This document shows, piece by piece, positions 1 through 13,015 of a stretch of DNA of 64,000 bases (within the stretch, counting starts at the first letter, position 1; the number at the start of each line of letters is the position of its first letter). This DNA comes from Bispira polyomma (taxonomy: Eukaryota). A program made the translations under genes and the position numbers. The notes beneath the pieces are model-generated. The model saw nothing but the letters and a program-made list of their open reading frames with translations. It was not told where the DNA came from and did no database searches. The DNA lies in NCBI GenBank assembly GCA_965649765.1, contig OZ287752.1, positions 60,574,001 to 60,638,000 of the forward strand, in the 5' to 3' direction.

Positions 1-2589
1 AATTTCTGTATGAATCTATTGGTTTGTCACCATTGACTTCCCATAGATTGGGGTGTTCCTTATTCATTTCCAGGGGTCTGTAAAGATCCCTCCCTCAGCT
101 ACCACATCCATATACAGGGGCATGTAAGGATAACCCCCTCAGCTACCACCTCTGCAGACAAGGGTTTGAATCTTGGCCATGAAATGCATATGGCAAAGTT
201 TATAGTAGACTGAATGCTGCCAGTTTTATAGTTTTATACTGACTTGTGCTAGTTTCCACCCACAGTAAACTCTCTCTCGTGATGTATTACAAAAGTGTTG
301 AAAACTATGATTAAGTTAACTAAATCTACATACATATTATGCTGTGTTTCTGGCAGAATGGTAGCAATTAAGTTTCAATGGCAAAGAGTGTGATGTTGTA
401 AAAAAAATACTACTGTTTCTATGTACCAATGATTTGTCTCAAATGCATGTGGACAAAAAATAGGGTGTTTTTTCTCAATGGATGTTGTGATAAATATTCA
501 TTACTTTACAATCAACTTACGTCGTCTTTCAAATCTTATTATTTTATATTAAATAGATCTAGAAGCCTATTGGGGTTTTATTCTGTCCCTTCTTTTGTGA
601 CATAAGTCAGTGATTTCACTTGTCAGATGTCGGCACTAATAAGCATTACCCTGGAGGATATTGCAGACACCTACATTAAGGCAGACTTCCTTATAAAGAA
701 TTGGAACTGACTTAACAATAAGTCCATTCAGATTCACTGCTTACTATTTTTAGAAATACAACTTTTCATTACCACATGATGATGCACTGGGATGAAAGTG
801 TCATTCTGATAAAACCATTGCTTAGTGAAATGGCTAGATTATTTTATATATGGCTTCGCATATGTGCATATTAATTACATTATACACTGCATCAGATTTA
901 TGTATCCTGTTCAAACAGTTATAGGTCCATCTATTCATTAGTTTCACTGATGCAGCGTGTTTATATTTTACTAAAGAGGTTTTGTAACTTTAGAAAACAA
1001 TTACTTATTGTTCACCAGTTTATAGAGTTAAGATATACAGCCATGTTTGATAAAAAAAGTTACATTTATCAAAAAATGTTTGGAGATTTGAGACTGTAGG
1101 AATGGCAAATCTTAAGGTCTTATCTGGTATTGTCGACTTATTAATGCAGAGGATTTGGTTTGATCCCAACATGGGACTGTTAGGTGCAGGTAGATACAAA
1201 GTGTCTTGGGTGGCCACGAATAGTGGTGGTCCTCATCGGTTGTAATTGTCATCATTTACCTAGGTGCAGGCCGTAGAACCTTGAGGATATCAATAAAATA
1301 TCATCCTCAAGCCAATGTCTTGTATTGGGCATATAGGTGAAAGTTGGCTGTACTTTGTATTTGTCCAGGCAAGTTTTCGTTTAGTATTGTGGTTTAACCT
1401 CTCTTTCAGAACGTCTTGTGTCATAAGACGATGGACAGTTCACTGCTGGAGGAAATTAGAACAAAATAGCTGATCGAGATTTGATTTTATGTTAAGAAGA
1501 GATAACATCGTTCTTTAAAACCCTGACATAGAGAAGTACTGAGCTAAGCCTGGATTTAAAAGTCAATAAAAGGTCTACTATCACTAGATAACATGAGGAA
1601 AAGCAAAAAACAAAGGTATCATCATGCCCATGTGCACAGAGCGGTCACAAATAGCAATGTAAGGGTTAAATATGAAGCTCTTTGAGCTGTAGCAGACAGA
1701 AGCACTGAAAACAAATGGCTTGTGTTCAAAGTTAAGTATTACTGAACCATAAACATGATCACAAACTTCATTGGCATAAACAATTTAAGGTTAATGACAT
1801 GTTATAAGTTGTAGTATACAGATTGATCTTGCTCTGTGCACTATTGTTGGCTTAATCGATGGGTGTTAACCAGATAGAATAAATGATAGTTTAGTGTAAT
1901 GAATCAATTTTCCGATGACTGTATGAGATTTATGAAAACCTTTGGTAAGAATTTATAGTTTTGGGGCCAAAACCAGCTGCCAAGCTCTATAATCCGAAAA
2001 TCCCAGGCTGCTACAAATCCCAAAATATACTTGTGCATCAATACTAGATAGATGGATAAATTCTTTATTATAGTGATCAGTATATTTAGAATAGTGTAAG
2101 TAAAAATAAAGTAATAGTATTTTAGTTCCCAGTCCCGAATAGATTGTGAAATAAACATAAACCACATTATATCTTGCATGACCTTTCATTATAAACTACT
2201 TTTATATAAGTATGACCAGACCAAATCTTAAAGTGTTAACGTCTGTGAAGCCATATTATTAAAGCTGGGACAGGATTGAGGAGGGGTGAAGAAGGTGAGT
2301 GTGTCTTATATCGCCCAATACATTACAGATGACCCTGAAAAGTGTCTCCCCGAGGATTGAGGCTAATAACAGGAAGTCCCACCATGAATTTTGATTACAT
2401 TAACACAACCTACTCACATCTTAGACACTACCCCAGTCTTGGGGTGGGGGGGCGTCATTTATTTTAATTACTCAGGCCGGACGTAAACCCCCCGCTGCTA
2501 GTGTGTCAATGGTTTTAATTTAGTGGGAGTAGAAAAAAAGATTTGTAATGATGATATAAAGATCGATTACTAAACACACCATAAGTGAG

Positions 2590-2752
2590 TCAAAATTGGT
2601 GAGTTTAGGGTTGTGTTTCCATATATGTGGTATGCGGCACACGTTCAACAAGTCCACTGCCAACTTATGCACAAGCCCACCTGAGCCGAGATTCAAACCC
2701 ATGATTGTAAAGGTAGGAGGTGAGTGTGCTACCACTTTTTCCACCGATGGCC
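2590..2752 (-). mobile_element. Decayed tRNA-derived SINE (related copies at about 10170-10352, 14230-14290, 58505-58720)
   Basis: The minus strand shows A-box-like GGTGGAAAAGTGGTAG and B-box-like GGTTTGAATCTC. The body agtccactgccaactt is shared with the 10.2 kb and 58.6 kb copies. Confidence 0.6.
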
Positions 2753-4873
2753 CTTGTCATGCTTTAAGTGGCTTTTAATTACTTTCCTAGAATTCTGTAA
2801 AGATCACTTTGTTATATGTACAGTGAATAGACATTTTGTCATGTGAAAACCCCCGAGCTTGGATAACTGCAAGTAACTGTATACCATATACATTCAGATC
2901 CTGGATGCTGCACACCGCATACATGGAAATGACCCTTTCGTCAAACTTGGTTTGAACAACTCAATGGTGATTTGGATGAAATGTTTTAAAGCAAGTCTAA
3001 GACCATTTTTAATAATGGAGGTCATGCATATATTTTTTCTCCTGTTTTGTAAGTTTCACTATCAAACAGTTATTTTAATGTTCCATCAAGTGCCCAAGAA
3101 GAGTTAAGAATAAGAATTTTACTATTTTTACCGGATCATTTTTAAGAGATGTAAATATTACATTTCTAAATACCATTGAAACCTAAGAAAAAAAAGTACC
3201 AGATTATTTTATAATAGATGTAAACGATACATTTGTGCAATTGAATTTAAATTTGCATTACAACTGTGCCTAAGTTATATTTGTACATTGTACTTTTCAA
3301 ATTAATTGGTAATGTTAACATGAATTTTTAACAGAATCAATTCCTAACATGCAGGGTTTTAAAGCAAAAATGGGAAGGAGAAGTCTTACAACATAGCATT
3401 GGTACTCATCAGTAGGCAATTGTGCTGTCACATTTTACCAAGTATGGTAGTCCCCAGTATACCGTTACAGGGAGTTGAACCAGTCTCATAATCACCAGAC
3501 TTACTCCCATATCACTAAGACACAGGAAAACCACCAATTTTGTGGACAAATGAAATGGAAATGGTATTCTGGCAAACAATTGCAAAGCTACATGTGCCTT
3601 AAGTGTATCCCTGTAACTTAGAACATTTGGAACAAGCACCAGTAACTGTCATTCCCCCAAAACAGAAGACACAGGCTTGATGATGAGTATTTATCAGTGG
3701 GCCCAAGGTCCTTTAGCCTGCCACTGGGGACAGCACCCAATGACAGAGTACACCCCAGTTCGTATCAGCCTGTTCCTAGTAGCCCCATGTTGGGATCAAA
3801 CCCTCTTGCCCCTTTAAATTCTAAAACATGTGTGTTACCTAATAGGCTACAGTTTTCAGATATATACACAAGGTATATAAATTACTTATTACCATCACAC
3901 TTTCACTTTATCATTGAAGCTATATTTGATATAGAGTTTAGCTTACAGAGATACATATTAATTATAAAGGGTTTGACTTACATTCAGATTAGGCAGCATA
4001 CAGTGAATTAGTTGACTGTAGATATAAAATTGCCTAAAAGAGGTGGGGGGGTTATAGTTGATTGCAGATCAGAGTTCAGCATTAGTATTCATAGACTAAT
4101 AGATCCACATTATGATACAGTCATGACATGTCTAGGTTTTGGATTTTATTGAAGATATTATTACAGACACAATAATTGGGATATTTATAAAGACACCAAA
4201 TATAAACATGTTACTATGTTAAACTAATTTTTAAAATGGTTTGTATTAAAATAAATAATAATTCATTCAATTATTTTAATTTGCCCTCACAGTAAATTTT
4301 GGCCTGTCATATAGTGCAAATTTAACTTCATTAAAGTCCATAAAAAGTAAGTGTTATAGTTGCATAAATAAAAATAAATAAGGCATAACAGTTTTCACGG
4401 TTTAACCAAAAATGACACAGAACATATATTAGGTAAGAATTAAGGACAGTTTGAATTTACTTTGATTTCTATTTTGTAAGGTAGAAGGCTACTCATGTAA
4501 TTAAGGAATGAGGACATATCAGTGCAAGTATATATTGGTATAAATATGACTGTAATATAACCTTTAATATACCACTCCCCCTTCATAACAATTAGCCTTC
4601 ACAATAAAATCAGAATATTGTAGAAGTGCCTTTTTATGATAAATAAATGTATGATTATAAGTGAATTACAACATTTCTCAAACAATAAAAGTAACATAGT
4701 AATTACTAAAACATGAGGAATATAAACACGAATAAAGCCAGAACTTTTAAAATTGCTTCTAGCAAAATTTTGGAAAAAGCCTGGACACAGTTTGAATCAG
4801 CCATTGATAATTGTTGATAAAAGCTCTATTTCAAACTATTCGAACGTTTTTTCCACTGTATAAGTGTACTTAC

Positions 4874-5019
4874 CTGAATGATTCTTTCGCCATTAAAGAG
4901 CCAGTGTATGGTGGGGGTAGGGCTTCCTCTGGCCTCACAGTACAGCACCAGGTGACCTCCTAACTGGGTCACCACATCGTCAGGAGCTACACTACCCTTG
5001 GCAAAGTAGAGATCAGAGC
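4874..5019 (-). CDS. Internal exon of a secreted Ig-domain protein (IMP-L2/ZIG-like), N-terminal half of an I-set Ig domain
   Basis: Acceptor gttatttccag| and donor CAG|gtaagt, 146 bp, phase 1 to 0. Encodes (G)SDLYFAKGSVAPDDVVTQLGGHLVLYCEARGSPTPTIHWLFNGERIIQ, with the Ig B-strand LxCxAxGxPxPxIxW motif. The IMP-L2/ZIG assignment comes from recalled motif style and is less certain than the Ig call. Downstream exons were not found in the window. Confidence 0.88.
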
Positions 5020-5071
5020 CTGGAAATAACAAACAGCTCACGGTACAGAAGAGAACAAAACCCAACTCCAT
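5020..5071 (-). CDS. Putative alternative N-terminus (signal peptide) of the Ig gene, read directly into the Ig exon
   Basis: ATG at 5071 in good context (agaATGG), in frame with the Ig exon: MELGFVLFCTVSCLLFP. No ATG on the minus strand from 5072 to about 5470. Confidence 0.55.
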
Positions 5072-5461
5072 TCTGTGGCTTCAGGTGAGGACCAATATAT
5101 TTTTAGGATCCTGTGCTTTATTTAGTATGATCCAAAATTGTTATTATTAGTTGCTTTGTTGCAGTGCCTTCTCAATTTCTCTAAAATAATGTTCTGGCCC
5201 CAAAATATAAACCCTTAATACAAGACACCTTCTTTTCAGTTGACTTTTATTGATAAAGTCTTTTTTCAGCACACGCTACTTTATAATAATAATACCCAGA
5301 TTCAGGGTTGACTCTTTTCCCAATCTTTATTTCCAGTTTTATAAAAAAAAAATCCAGTCTTTCTTGCTACTACTTCTGAAGCTCTTCCAGTTACTGGGAT
5401 ATGTCAGGCAGTTCTTCTTGTCTCTTCCAAGTGTTAATTCTCACCCCACACTGTCTTTCTA

Positions 5462-5471
5462 GCTATATATA
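5462..5471 (-). promoter_or_regulatory. TATA-like element of the putative internal promoter of the Ig gene
   Basis: TATATATAG on the minus strand at the upstream edge of the 400-bp ATG-free, purine-rich leader. Confidence 0.35.
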
Positions 5472-8400
5472 CATATATGTACACAATTACCTAAGGAATT
5501 AATATGTGTGTGGTGTGCTGCTGTTGTTCTAAGAGTGGGGTGTGTGTGTGTGGATGGATGGGGTGAGATCATTAATCAGTAATCAATGGTTAACAAGGTA
5601 AGACAGGTTTACCTAGACACTAGCATTGCTACTCAATTCCTACTCCTTTATAATGAGAAATTGCTCATGAATAAATGTATTCTCCTCATGTGCAAACTTT
5701 CGTCCCAAGCTGAGACACTTTCAGCCATTAGTGTGTGGGTTTATTTTTTTGGGCGGCCAAGATTTTTACTTACTGGAACCTTAAACCTAGACTAAATGTC
5801 TATTAAATAGATTGACTATTTTTAATGGATTTTTGTTTGTGTTAATTAGATTTATAGCTACAGCATTGTTTGTTCTTCTCTTAGTAAAAAATGTATATGT
5901 ATATATAGTTAATGTACTTTTTTATTCACTGAAAGCAAATATAGAAATAAATTTGAGGTGTATTTGTGACTAAAACTGTAAAGATGTAGGGATATTTATA
6001 TACTCTAAAATAAATATGTGCAATCATTGCTATATCTGTCACTTGATTTCATGTGAGATGGAATGGTAGTTTGCTGTGTTGTATATTAGGTAGCTTTACT
6101 CTGTAGTGTTTATAGATCAGTGTTTGCTTACAATTTGTTCAAACTTAAATCTTATACTAAATGTCATATACCTCGTTTATTCTTGGTGACAAATGAAATC
6201 CATATGAGTTATCTAAGCCTGTGACATTTACGTATCAGTGATATGTGACAATGCACATCAAATTGTTACTATTTTTAAAATAATTTGTAGTCTGGTAATT
6301 TGCCTTTTTACTATTTCTTTTGGTCTGGTGAAAAACTAAATCTATACCTCTAATGGATTTCCCATTAGGGTAAGGCGATAGTAGGTTTACTAACCAGGAG
6401 TCCTAGTGTTCTGTAATATGTACTTGTAAGCTAAAAAGTTAACATATGAAACTCCACACGCTGTGCAGGAACCATTTTGCATTTAAGGGAAGTGCATCAG
6501 TGTCAAATACTGCACTGTGTATGTTACCCCGGTTAATGTCAACCTTAAAGTGTCCATCATAAGACCATTTACATGTCACCTATATTTATGGCACCAAAAT
6601 TACATATAGTCTATATCAAATTGTATTGTGGAAGAGCCAACCACTTCTCCGACCCCAAAAGTATGTACACCAGGTCTCTTATGGTCAAATAAAACAACCA
6701 CTTATTGGAAGAATGACAGGATTAAACGGTGTATTGATGAGACCATAAACCCAATATCACCAGTAACAAGACAGCAGCCAATTACTTCATTAGGCGGTTT
6801 GTCTCATAGCTGTGAGTCACTAAAAACAAAAGTGTGACTGTGATAATGTAATGGAGGTTAACCTTGGGTAAAAAGAGAATCCCCCATCCCCTCCCCTCAC
6901 CTCTCGCTGTTAAACAATAGCCATTAACAATGCAATTAGGGGTCTGTGTAATCACTGCTGTGGAAGGAAGTGATCCATACAATAGGTGTTGATGGAAATC
7001 CTGACTACAATACGGTGTCATCTGCACATAGATGTACTTTTATTTTTTACTAAGATATCAGAAATATCAAGGAACGAGAAAGCCAATTAGAAAGGGATTT
7101 CTGGTGTCAAATGCAGACACACAGGCTAATAACGCATGCTTGTAATTAAAAACATTGGTCAAACTGCGTATCGTAAACTAATCTGGCATGAACATTGACC
7201 TTTTCCTGAAAAATTTAATGATCCAAAGACATCAAATCAATGTCCACTATAATCTCAGAATTATAGAAAGAAGTTGTTTTTATCTTTCCAGTTAGTTACA
7301 AGTATTTTGAAAACCATCCTTAAAATATCATCAAAAAAATCGTTTTTATCATTTTAAAGAAAGACTGAGCATGTTTTGGTATCATGACAACATAAGCAGA
7401 GTGACTAAGTCTCCATTGGGTATATCACTGCGAAAAACACAGCACTAAATATCAACACAATCGACGGCGACAAGGTTGCAAATTGTAGTTTAGAGCCCAA
7501 GCAGAATATTTGGAGCCTAATTTACCCAAAGTCTGAACTGAAACACATGGTCAAAACTTAAATACCACAAAATAATACAAAGAGATTTCATTTGTATTGT
7601 ACAAAGATATTTCATTTGTATTAAGAATAACTATAGAGATGTTACACCCATTCTTTTTAATATAAGTTCCAGGGACGAACTTTAAATATATAGTCAGGTA
7701 GAATAAATCCTTATTGTCCACAGAGATACAGCAGGATATATTCTGAGATTGTTGTCAGTTTAAGTTAAATACCATTTGCTCATGGAAGTACCACATAGGA
7801 TGAGACAGAAAGCATGCCAAACAGGGATCTGTCAAAATACTGGACCAAATATTGTTCAACATCCCCCTACTGAGGCTTAGTCACTAGCACAACCATTAAG
7901 GAATTCAAGAGAACATGGGTTCGATTCCATTATTTTTCAAGAGGCAATTTGGCCTTACATTTCTTTATTATAGGACATATTATAAATATGGCAATTTGGC
8001 AATTTGGCCTTACATTTCCTTATTATAGGACATTTTATATATTATATAATATCTCAACTGTATACAAGTTGACCCCATTGTAGTGTTTTGTAGGTGATTA
8101 GGTTGAAGTTAGATATTATTGTTTATACAGATTGTGAGCCAGTGTGAGGTTGTTTAATTCTCCAAGTTAATTATGTCCATAATGCGCGCATAATGTGCAG
8201 GTTAGTATTACTGATACTACTTTTGAGGTTGATAAGATTGTATTATACAACTAAATAATAAATAAATAGATAAAAAAAACAACAATATCTGATATAACAA
8301 ATTACTTATGTTGCCAAAATATCAAAATTGTTATTGTTTGGAGAAGAAAAACATTGCGCAATATAAACCTGTATGCGGACATTATAGACTCTTGTCTTCT

Positions 8401-10822
8401 AACAATAATTAGAAACATTTTTAAGTGGTATGTGTTCGTGATAAATTAAAACAATGACAACTGTTGTTAAACAAAATTGGTGGCTTATCATAAATTTTAA
8501 ATATTTATATACAAAAAACCACTTGTTAATTTATTACAGTGTTTGAAACACCACATTTGGGGTCATAATTAACAAACATACATGTACTTTGAATTAAAAT
8601 ACATTAATGTTGTAACTGGATCATTTTGTTATCGAGGAATGATAGGGCACTATCATAACCATTAGAACATTTTGATGTTCTTCTACAGGAAAAAAAACAA
8701 GACGTGTAAACAAGTAAGAGTAGATCAAAGGTAGAAATGTTTATCATTAAATATCTGCTTAATGATCTTTTATCAAAATAACCAGGACAAATGTATATGT
8801 TATACAATTCAGGGGCCATAATACCAGCTTGACTGAGTAAGCTTAAGTCTTTAATATAATTTTTGAATAATTTATACAAAACATGCACAACATTTATTCT
8901 AAAATACTTATTCTTACAAGTGAATCATAATTTTTTTCAATTCAGGTACATTTTTCCAGAAGTGGTTTTATGTGGATCTATAAAGCAAAGTATAAAGTCT
9001 TCTTGTTAATGATAAACATGTAAGGCTGCCATTACCAAAGATTTCTTCCAGGCGGACAACAATTGCAAAATGTCGACTGCGGAATTGTTTTACACATCAA
9101 AGGTAAAATACAGAGATTTAGAGAAGTGGAAATCGGATACAGATGAGAACACAATTGTAGCTATTCATACCAGTTCAGATACTATTGTGCCAGTTTACCA
9201 CATATGAGGCTGTGTACCAGTAAGGGGTGGGGGTTTGGTTGTTGTTGTTTTGGCCACCCAAGTATTGTGCTGACAATGTACTGCACTGAGTGACTACATA
9301 GTCTCAGTTATAAAGGGAATACAACTAATAAATTACATCATGGTTTGTATGAAAGTGTGTTACCAAGCATAAACTCCCCCCCCCCCCCCTTCAAAACAGA
9401 ATGAGGTCAGAAACTAGACTTATTGGGGCTTTTAAATATTAAATAATCATAAGTGCTGTAATACTTGTCTATTTAAGACCAACCACGTTTATGTTTAACA
9501 AAGACATTCTTCAAATTTTATTTCAACATTATTCCAATTTACTTCATGTAAATCTTAGTTTTGGGAGCATTAGTTTGGGACAATTTGTATCTATAAACAG
9601 AATACTCATAAGTACATTTTGTGAAGATATAATCCTCCCAAGTTGTGGTCTAGATTGACTAGTATATGAGCGACAATGAAGGTATTTATGTAAATTAGGT
9701 TTTGTTTTCTTAATCAAACAGGTCACAAGAAACAAAGTTAAATCAAATATTTACTGGTATGAACAGATGGTTGCTTTTCTAAATATCTTATATGTAGTTA
9801 TAAATTACGAAATGCAGTAAAGTTCCTTTAAACATTTTTTAAACTAAAATAAGGCTGTATTGACCATAATGGATGTGGTATAAGTCAGCCATTTTGCTTT
9901 ACTGCTTGAATCATGTGACCAATACATTTCGTGTGATAACTCAGAACTCCTTTCAAAGGGTGCTGAAAAGTGAACTGGTATCACAATGCTGAAATTAAAA
10001 TTCAATTTTAAAAAATAACAGATCTAAAACTAATATACCTAGTATGTAATTGTAATTTATAAAACATATGTTCAGTGACTGACTTATATTTTTAGGTAGT
10101 ATCTGTATAAAAATGTAACTACTACTATGAGTTATTTTGTTAAGATTTAACGACGGCTTCAAAACAATTGTGTCATACAGGCAGTTTAATTGGTGAATGA
10201 ATTCATAACATGGTATTTGGCAAGGCTTTTTGCTCTTCAAAACCACTGGCCTTCAGCAAGTCTACTGCCAACTTTCCCGCACAGATGCCAGAGCCAAGAT
10301 TCAAACCCACGATATGTGTGCTACCACTACACCACCAACTCTACTTCGCCCCCCACAAATAATAAAAATAATAGTTATTTAAAAATAAATTAATCAATAT
10401 ATGACATATTTTAACTACTGATACAATATTTAAAGTAACCTACTCAATAACAAAGGGTTCACTACATTTTTAAAGTGAATCTTTTCAAGATCACAACAGC
10501 AAAAGATTGGACACATTTCCCATTACTTTTGTTTAATTGCCACCACCTTGCAGTTCAAACACACTGAAAGGAGTTGCATTCGTGTGGGTTCTCCCCCCGA
10601 TTTTCCCGCCCCCTCTCTTTATTTAGTTTTTTGACAGACGTCATTGCCCTACTTGTCTATGCATGACAGGTCACAAATGAACTGACGACACTTCTATAGA
10701 CAATAAAAAAGAAGTTGTGGTGCCCTAATCGAATGTCACTACCACTACCATCATAAAAGCATTTGACACCTACAGTGGTATTGAGAACACAAGCCTGGAG
10801 GCGGGTGACGGTGACGAATGAG

Positions 10823-11205
10823 CTATCCTCCTCAAGGAGATTATGTTTTACCACTGTCTCCTGGTTTGTTGGTTTGTTTTGCAAAATTATGCAGCAATTT
10901 TTGAACAAATTTTGACCACAGCTTTTGGCGGGCTGGGCCATGGGTCAAGGGTCAAGGGAGGCACCATGATATTTTGCAGGTGTAGATCTGGGATAAAGTG
11001 ATTACTCACTGTGTACTTTAATGAGTATATAGCTTATATCCCTTAAAAAGCTAATAGGATGTTTTGTCCCAATAATAAGTTATTGATCTACTTTCTGATA
11101 TGCTATCAAATGGCTGACTTAGAAAGGTCTAGGTCTAGTAGCAAAAACATAGACCCTTTTGATTTTGTTCCCTATGGTGGAGGTATGAGATCTCCTCAGT
11201 GTTTG
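10823..11205 (+). mobile_element. Helentron-associated (HINE/DINE-like) non-autonomous element; fragments also at 12540-12706(-), 21077-21500, 27620-27747, 51575-51790
   Basis: 5' motif cctc..caaggag.ttatgtttt followed by a (GTTT/GTTG)n microsatellite, and 3' motif gg(c/t)ggaggtatg..ctct..tgagtg...ctag. The same motifs recur in the other listed copies. Classification is from the recalled structure of this element type. Confidence 0.6.
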
Positions 11206-12110
11206 TATATTATAATTTTAACATGCTTTATTGATGCATAGCATCTTTTAGAGTGCAACAATCAAATCAACCATTTGTCCTATAACATAGCCTGGGTCGT
11301 CATCAGTAGACAATGGCGTGTTCACATCTTGCCGACAGATGTTATTCCACCAATGAGCAGTAGTCGAACCTTCCGCTCACCAGACCAACTCTCCAAAACT
11401 AAGAGTCAACCTAGGGACCTTCTGACCATCAGACTAACTCTCTAACAACTAGGGCACAGGAATCCACTCTTGTTAGAAAGCCGTATTTAAATTTGTTGGT
11501 GTTCAGGACAAAACAGGACTGAGTAAACTAACATTGTTTGCTGGGCAATAATTTTACTTTCATTGTTATAATATCTAATATATAATGTAATTCTGTCTAA
11601 TAAAAAAAAATTAACAGATCATTAAATGGTAGCAGCTTCTACTTTTATATGTTTGCTCGCTTCAAATTGGAAATAGCTTACAGTTAGGGGGTGTTACTTA
11701 CATTCGTTTGATTGATACATTGCACAGTAGACCTTTTCTGTCATCTAGAACCACTTTTGTGCCTTTGACATCTTCATAAGCAACAGATAATCTTCTACTT
11801 CGTTAATTTAAAATAACTCTAATAATCACTTGTTACAATTGCTGACACTTATTGGTTATACATATGTCATATTAATGTCAAGAGTAAATAGACAGTTCTA
11901 CATTTTAAGTAGTCATGACTCGTATCAATTCTTATGTACACAATTTGCAATAACCAGTGAATGTTTACCTCTTTATAATTTCTCTTGGTGAGTGACAAAA
12001 ATCACTTTCGATTGGAAAAACATGTGTTTTGGTTTTTTTTAAATATTCCATTTGTCCGGTTGTTGCAAATCGTATAGATGAGAGTGTAGGCTGAGTATCT
12101 AAACACTTAC

Positions 12111-12147
12111 CATCTACACTGTTGGTCTCCTTACCAAGTCCCCTGGC
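12111..12147 (-). CDS. 37-bp exon of the Ig-domain gene
   Basis: Acceptor ttctttcttgtcattttag| and donor GATG|gtaagt, phase 0 to 1, encodes ARGLGKETNSVD(G). It exactly bridges the phase-0 signal-peptide exon and the phase-1 Ig exon. Confidence 0.85.
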
Positions 12148-12705
12148 CTAAAATGACAAGAAAGAATGTTGTTACACACTCAATACCCATGTTTGTGGGA
12201 AGCAGGCGTAGGCAAGCAGCCCCCCCCCCCCCCCCCCCACCCTCAAAAAAAAAATTTCTTTTTTCCTTGGCAATAGAAAATTGTTAGTACAGCAGACTTC
12301 TTTTAAAAAAAATATATGTGAAGTCGTTATTGGAAGCCGGAAGTAGTTTAAGGTGTGTGTTTTAGTGACTTCAGCTACCAGTAACCTGTTACTTAATAAA
12401 ATGGGTTCACTTCCCACCAATAACTTTTCTTCCAATCGTGAAAGGTAAAAAAAGAACCAATAAACAACCACAAGAGCAATCATTCGAGTGCATACCTCCA
12501 CCAAAACGCCAAAGTAGCAAAATTAACTTGAATACCACTCTTTAATCAGGATCAGCTCTGAAATTTAATTGATCCTTTCTTGGTATATATCTAAACTTAG
12601 CAACAAATTTCATGTAAATCGGTTTAGCAATTTTTGTACCATTCTAGTGAACAGAATAAACAAAAAGGCAATAGACAAAACCTTAACCTCCTTGGCAGAA
12701 GTAAT

Positions 12706-13015
12706 AATAATTATAATTATTTATTTGATATAGCGCATTACCAACATCACTGTTATCTAATGCGCTTATGACATGATTACCCCAGCCTGGGTTCTATAAC
12801 TTGTCAAACACTGTAAGTCTCTGCTTCCACAGGAAGCATACTAGCCGTGCTGCCACATACAGCGCTCAGACGAACACTCATTAGGGGCCAGGTACCCATT
12901 TATACACCTGGGTAGGGAGGGACAACTTTGTGTAAAGTACCTTGTCCAAGGGTACAATCTCCAGGCCTGCAGCAAGGGTCAAACCGTGGCTCTCAAGATT
13001 TTAGAACCAGAAACT
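12706..13015 (-). mobile_element. CORE-type SINE with an L2-like 3' tail
   Basis: The minus strand contains CCTTGGACAAGGTACTTTAC...CCCAGGTGTATAAATGGGTACC (CORE-like domain) and ends in AAGCGCATTAG...ATGCGCTATATCAAATAAAT plus (ATT)n. Confidence 0.7.

Noticed and set aside
5564-5586. TGAGATCATT resembling bantam miRNA
   Set aside because: The match ends after 10 nt and no complementary arm is visible.
9052-9102. 51-bp plus-strand exon-like segment (ttccag|...AAG|gtaaaa)
   Set aside because: No partner exons or recognisable protein, and it lies antisense within the Ig gene intron.
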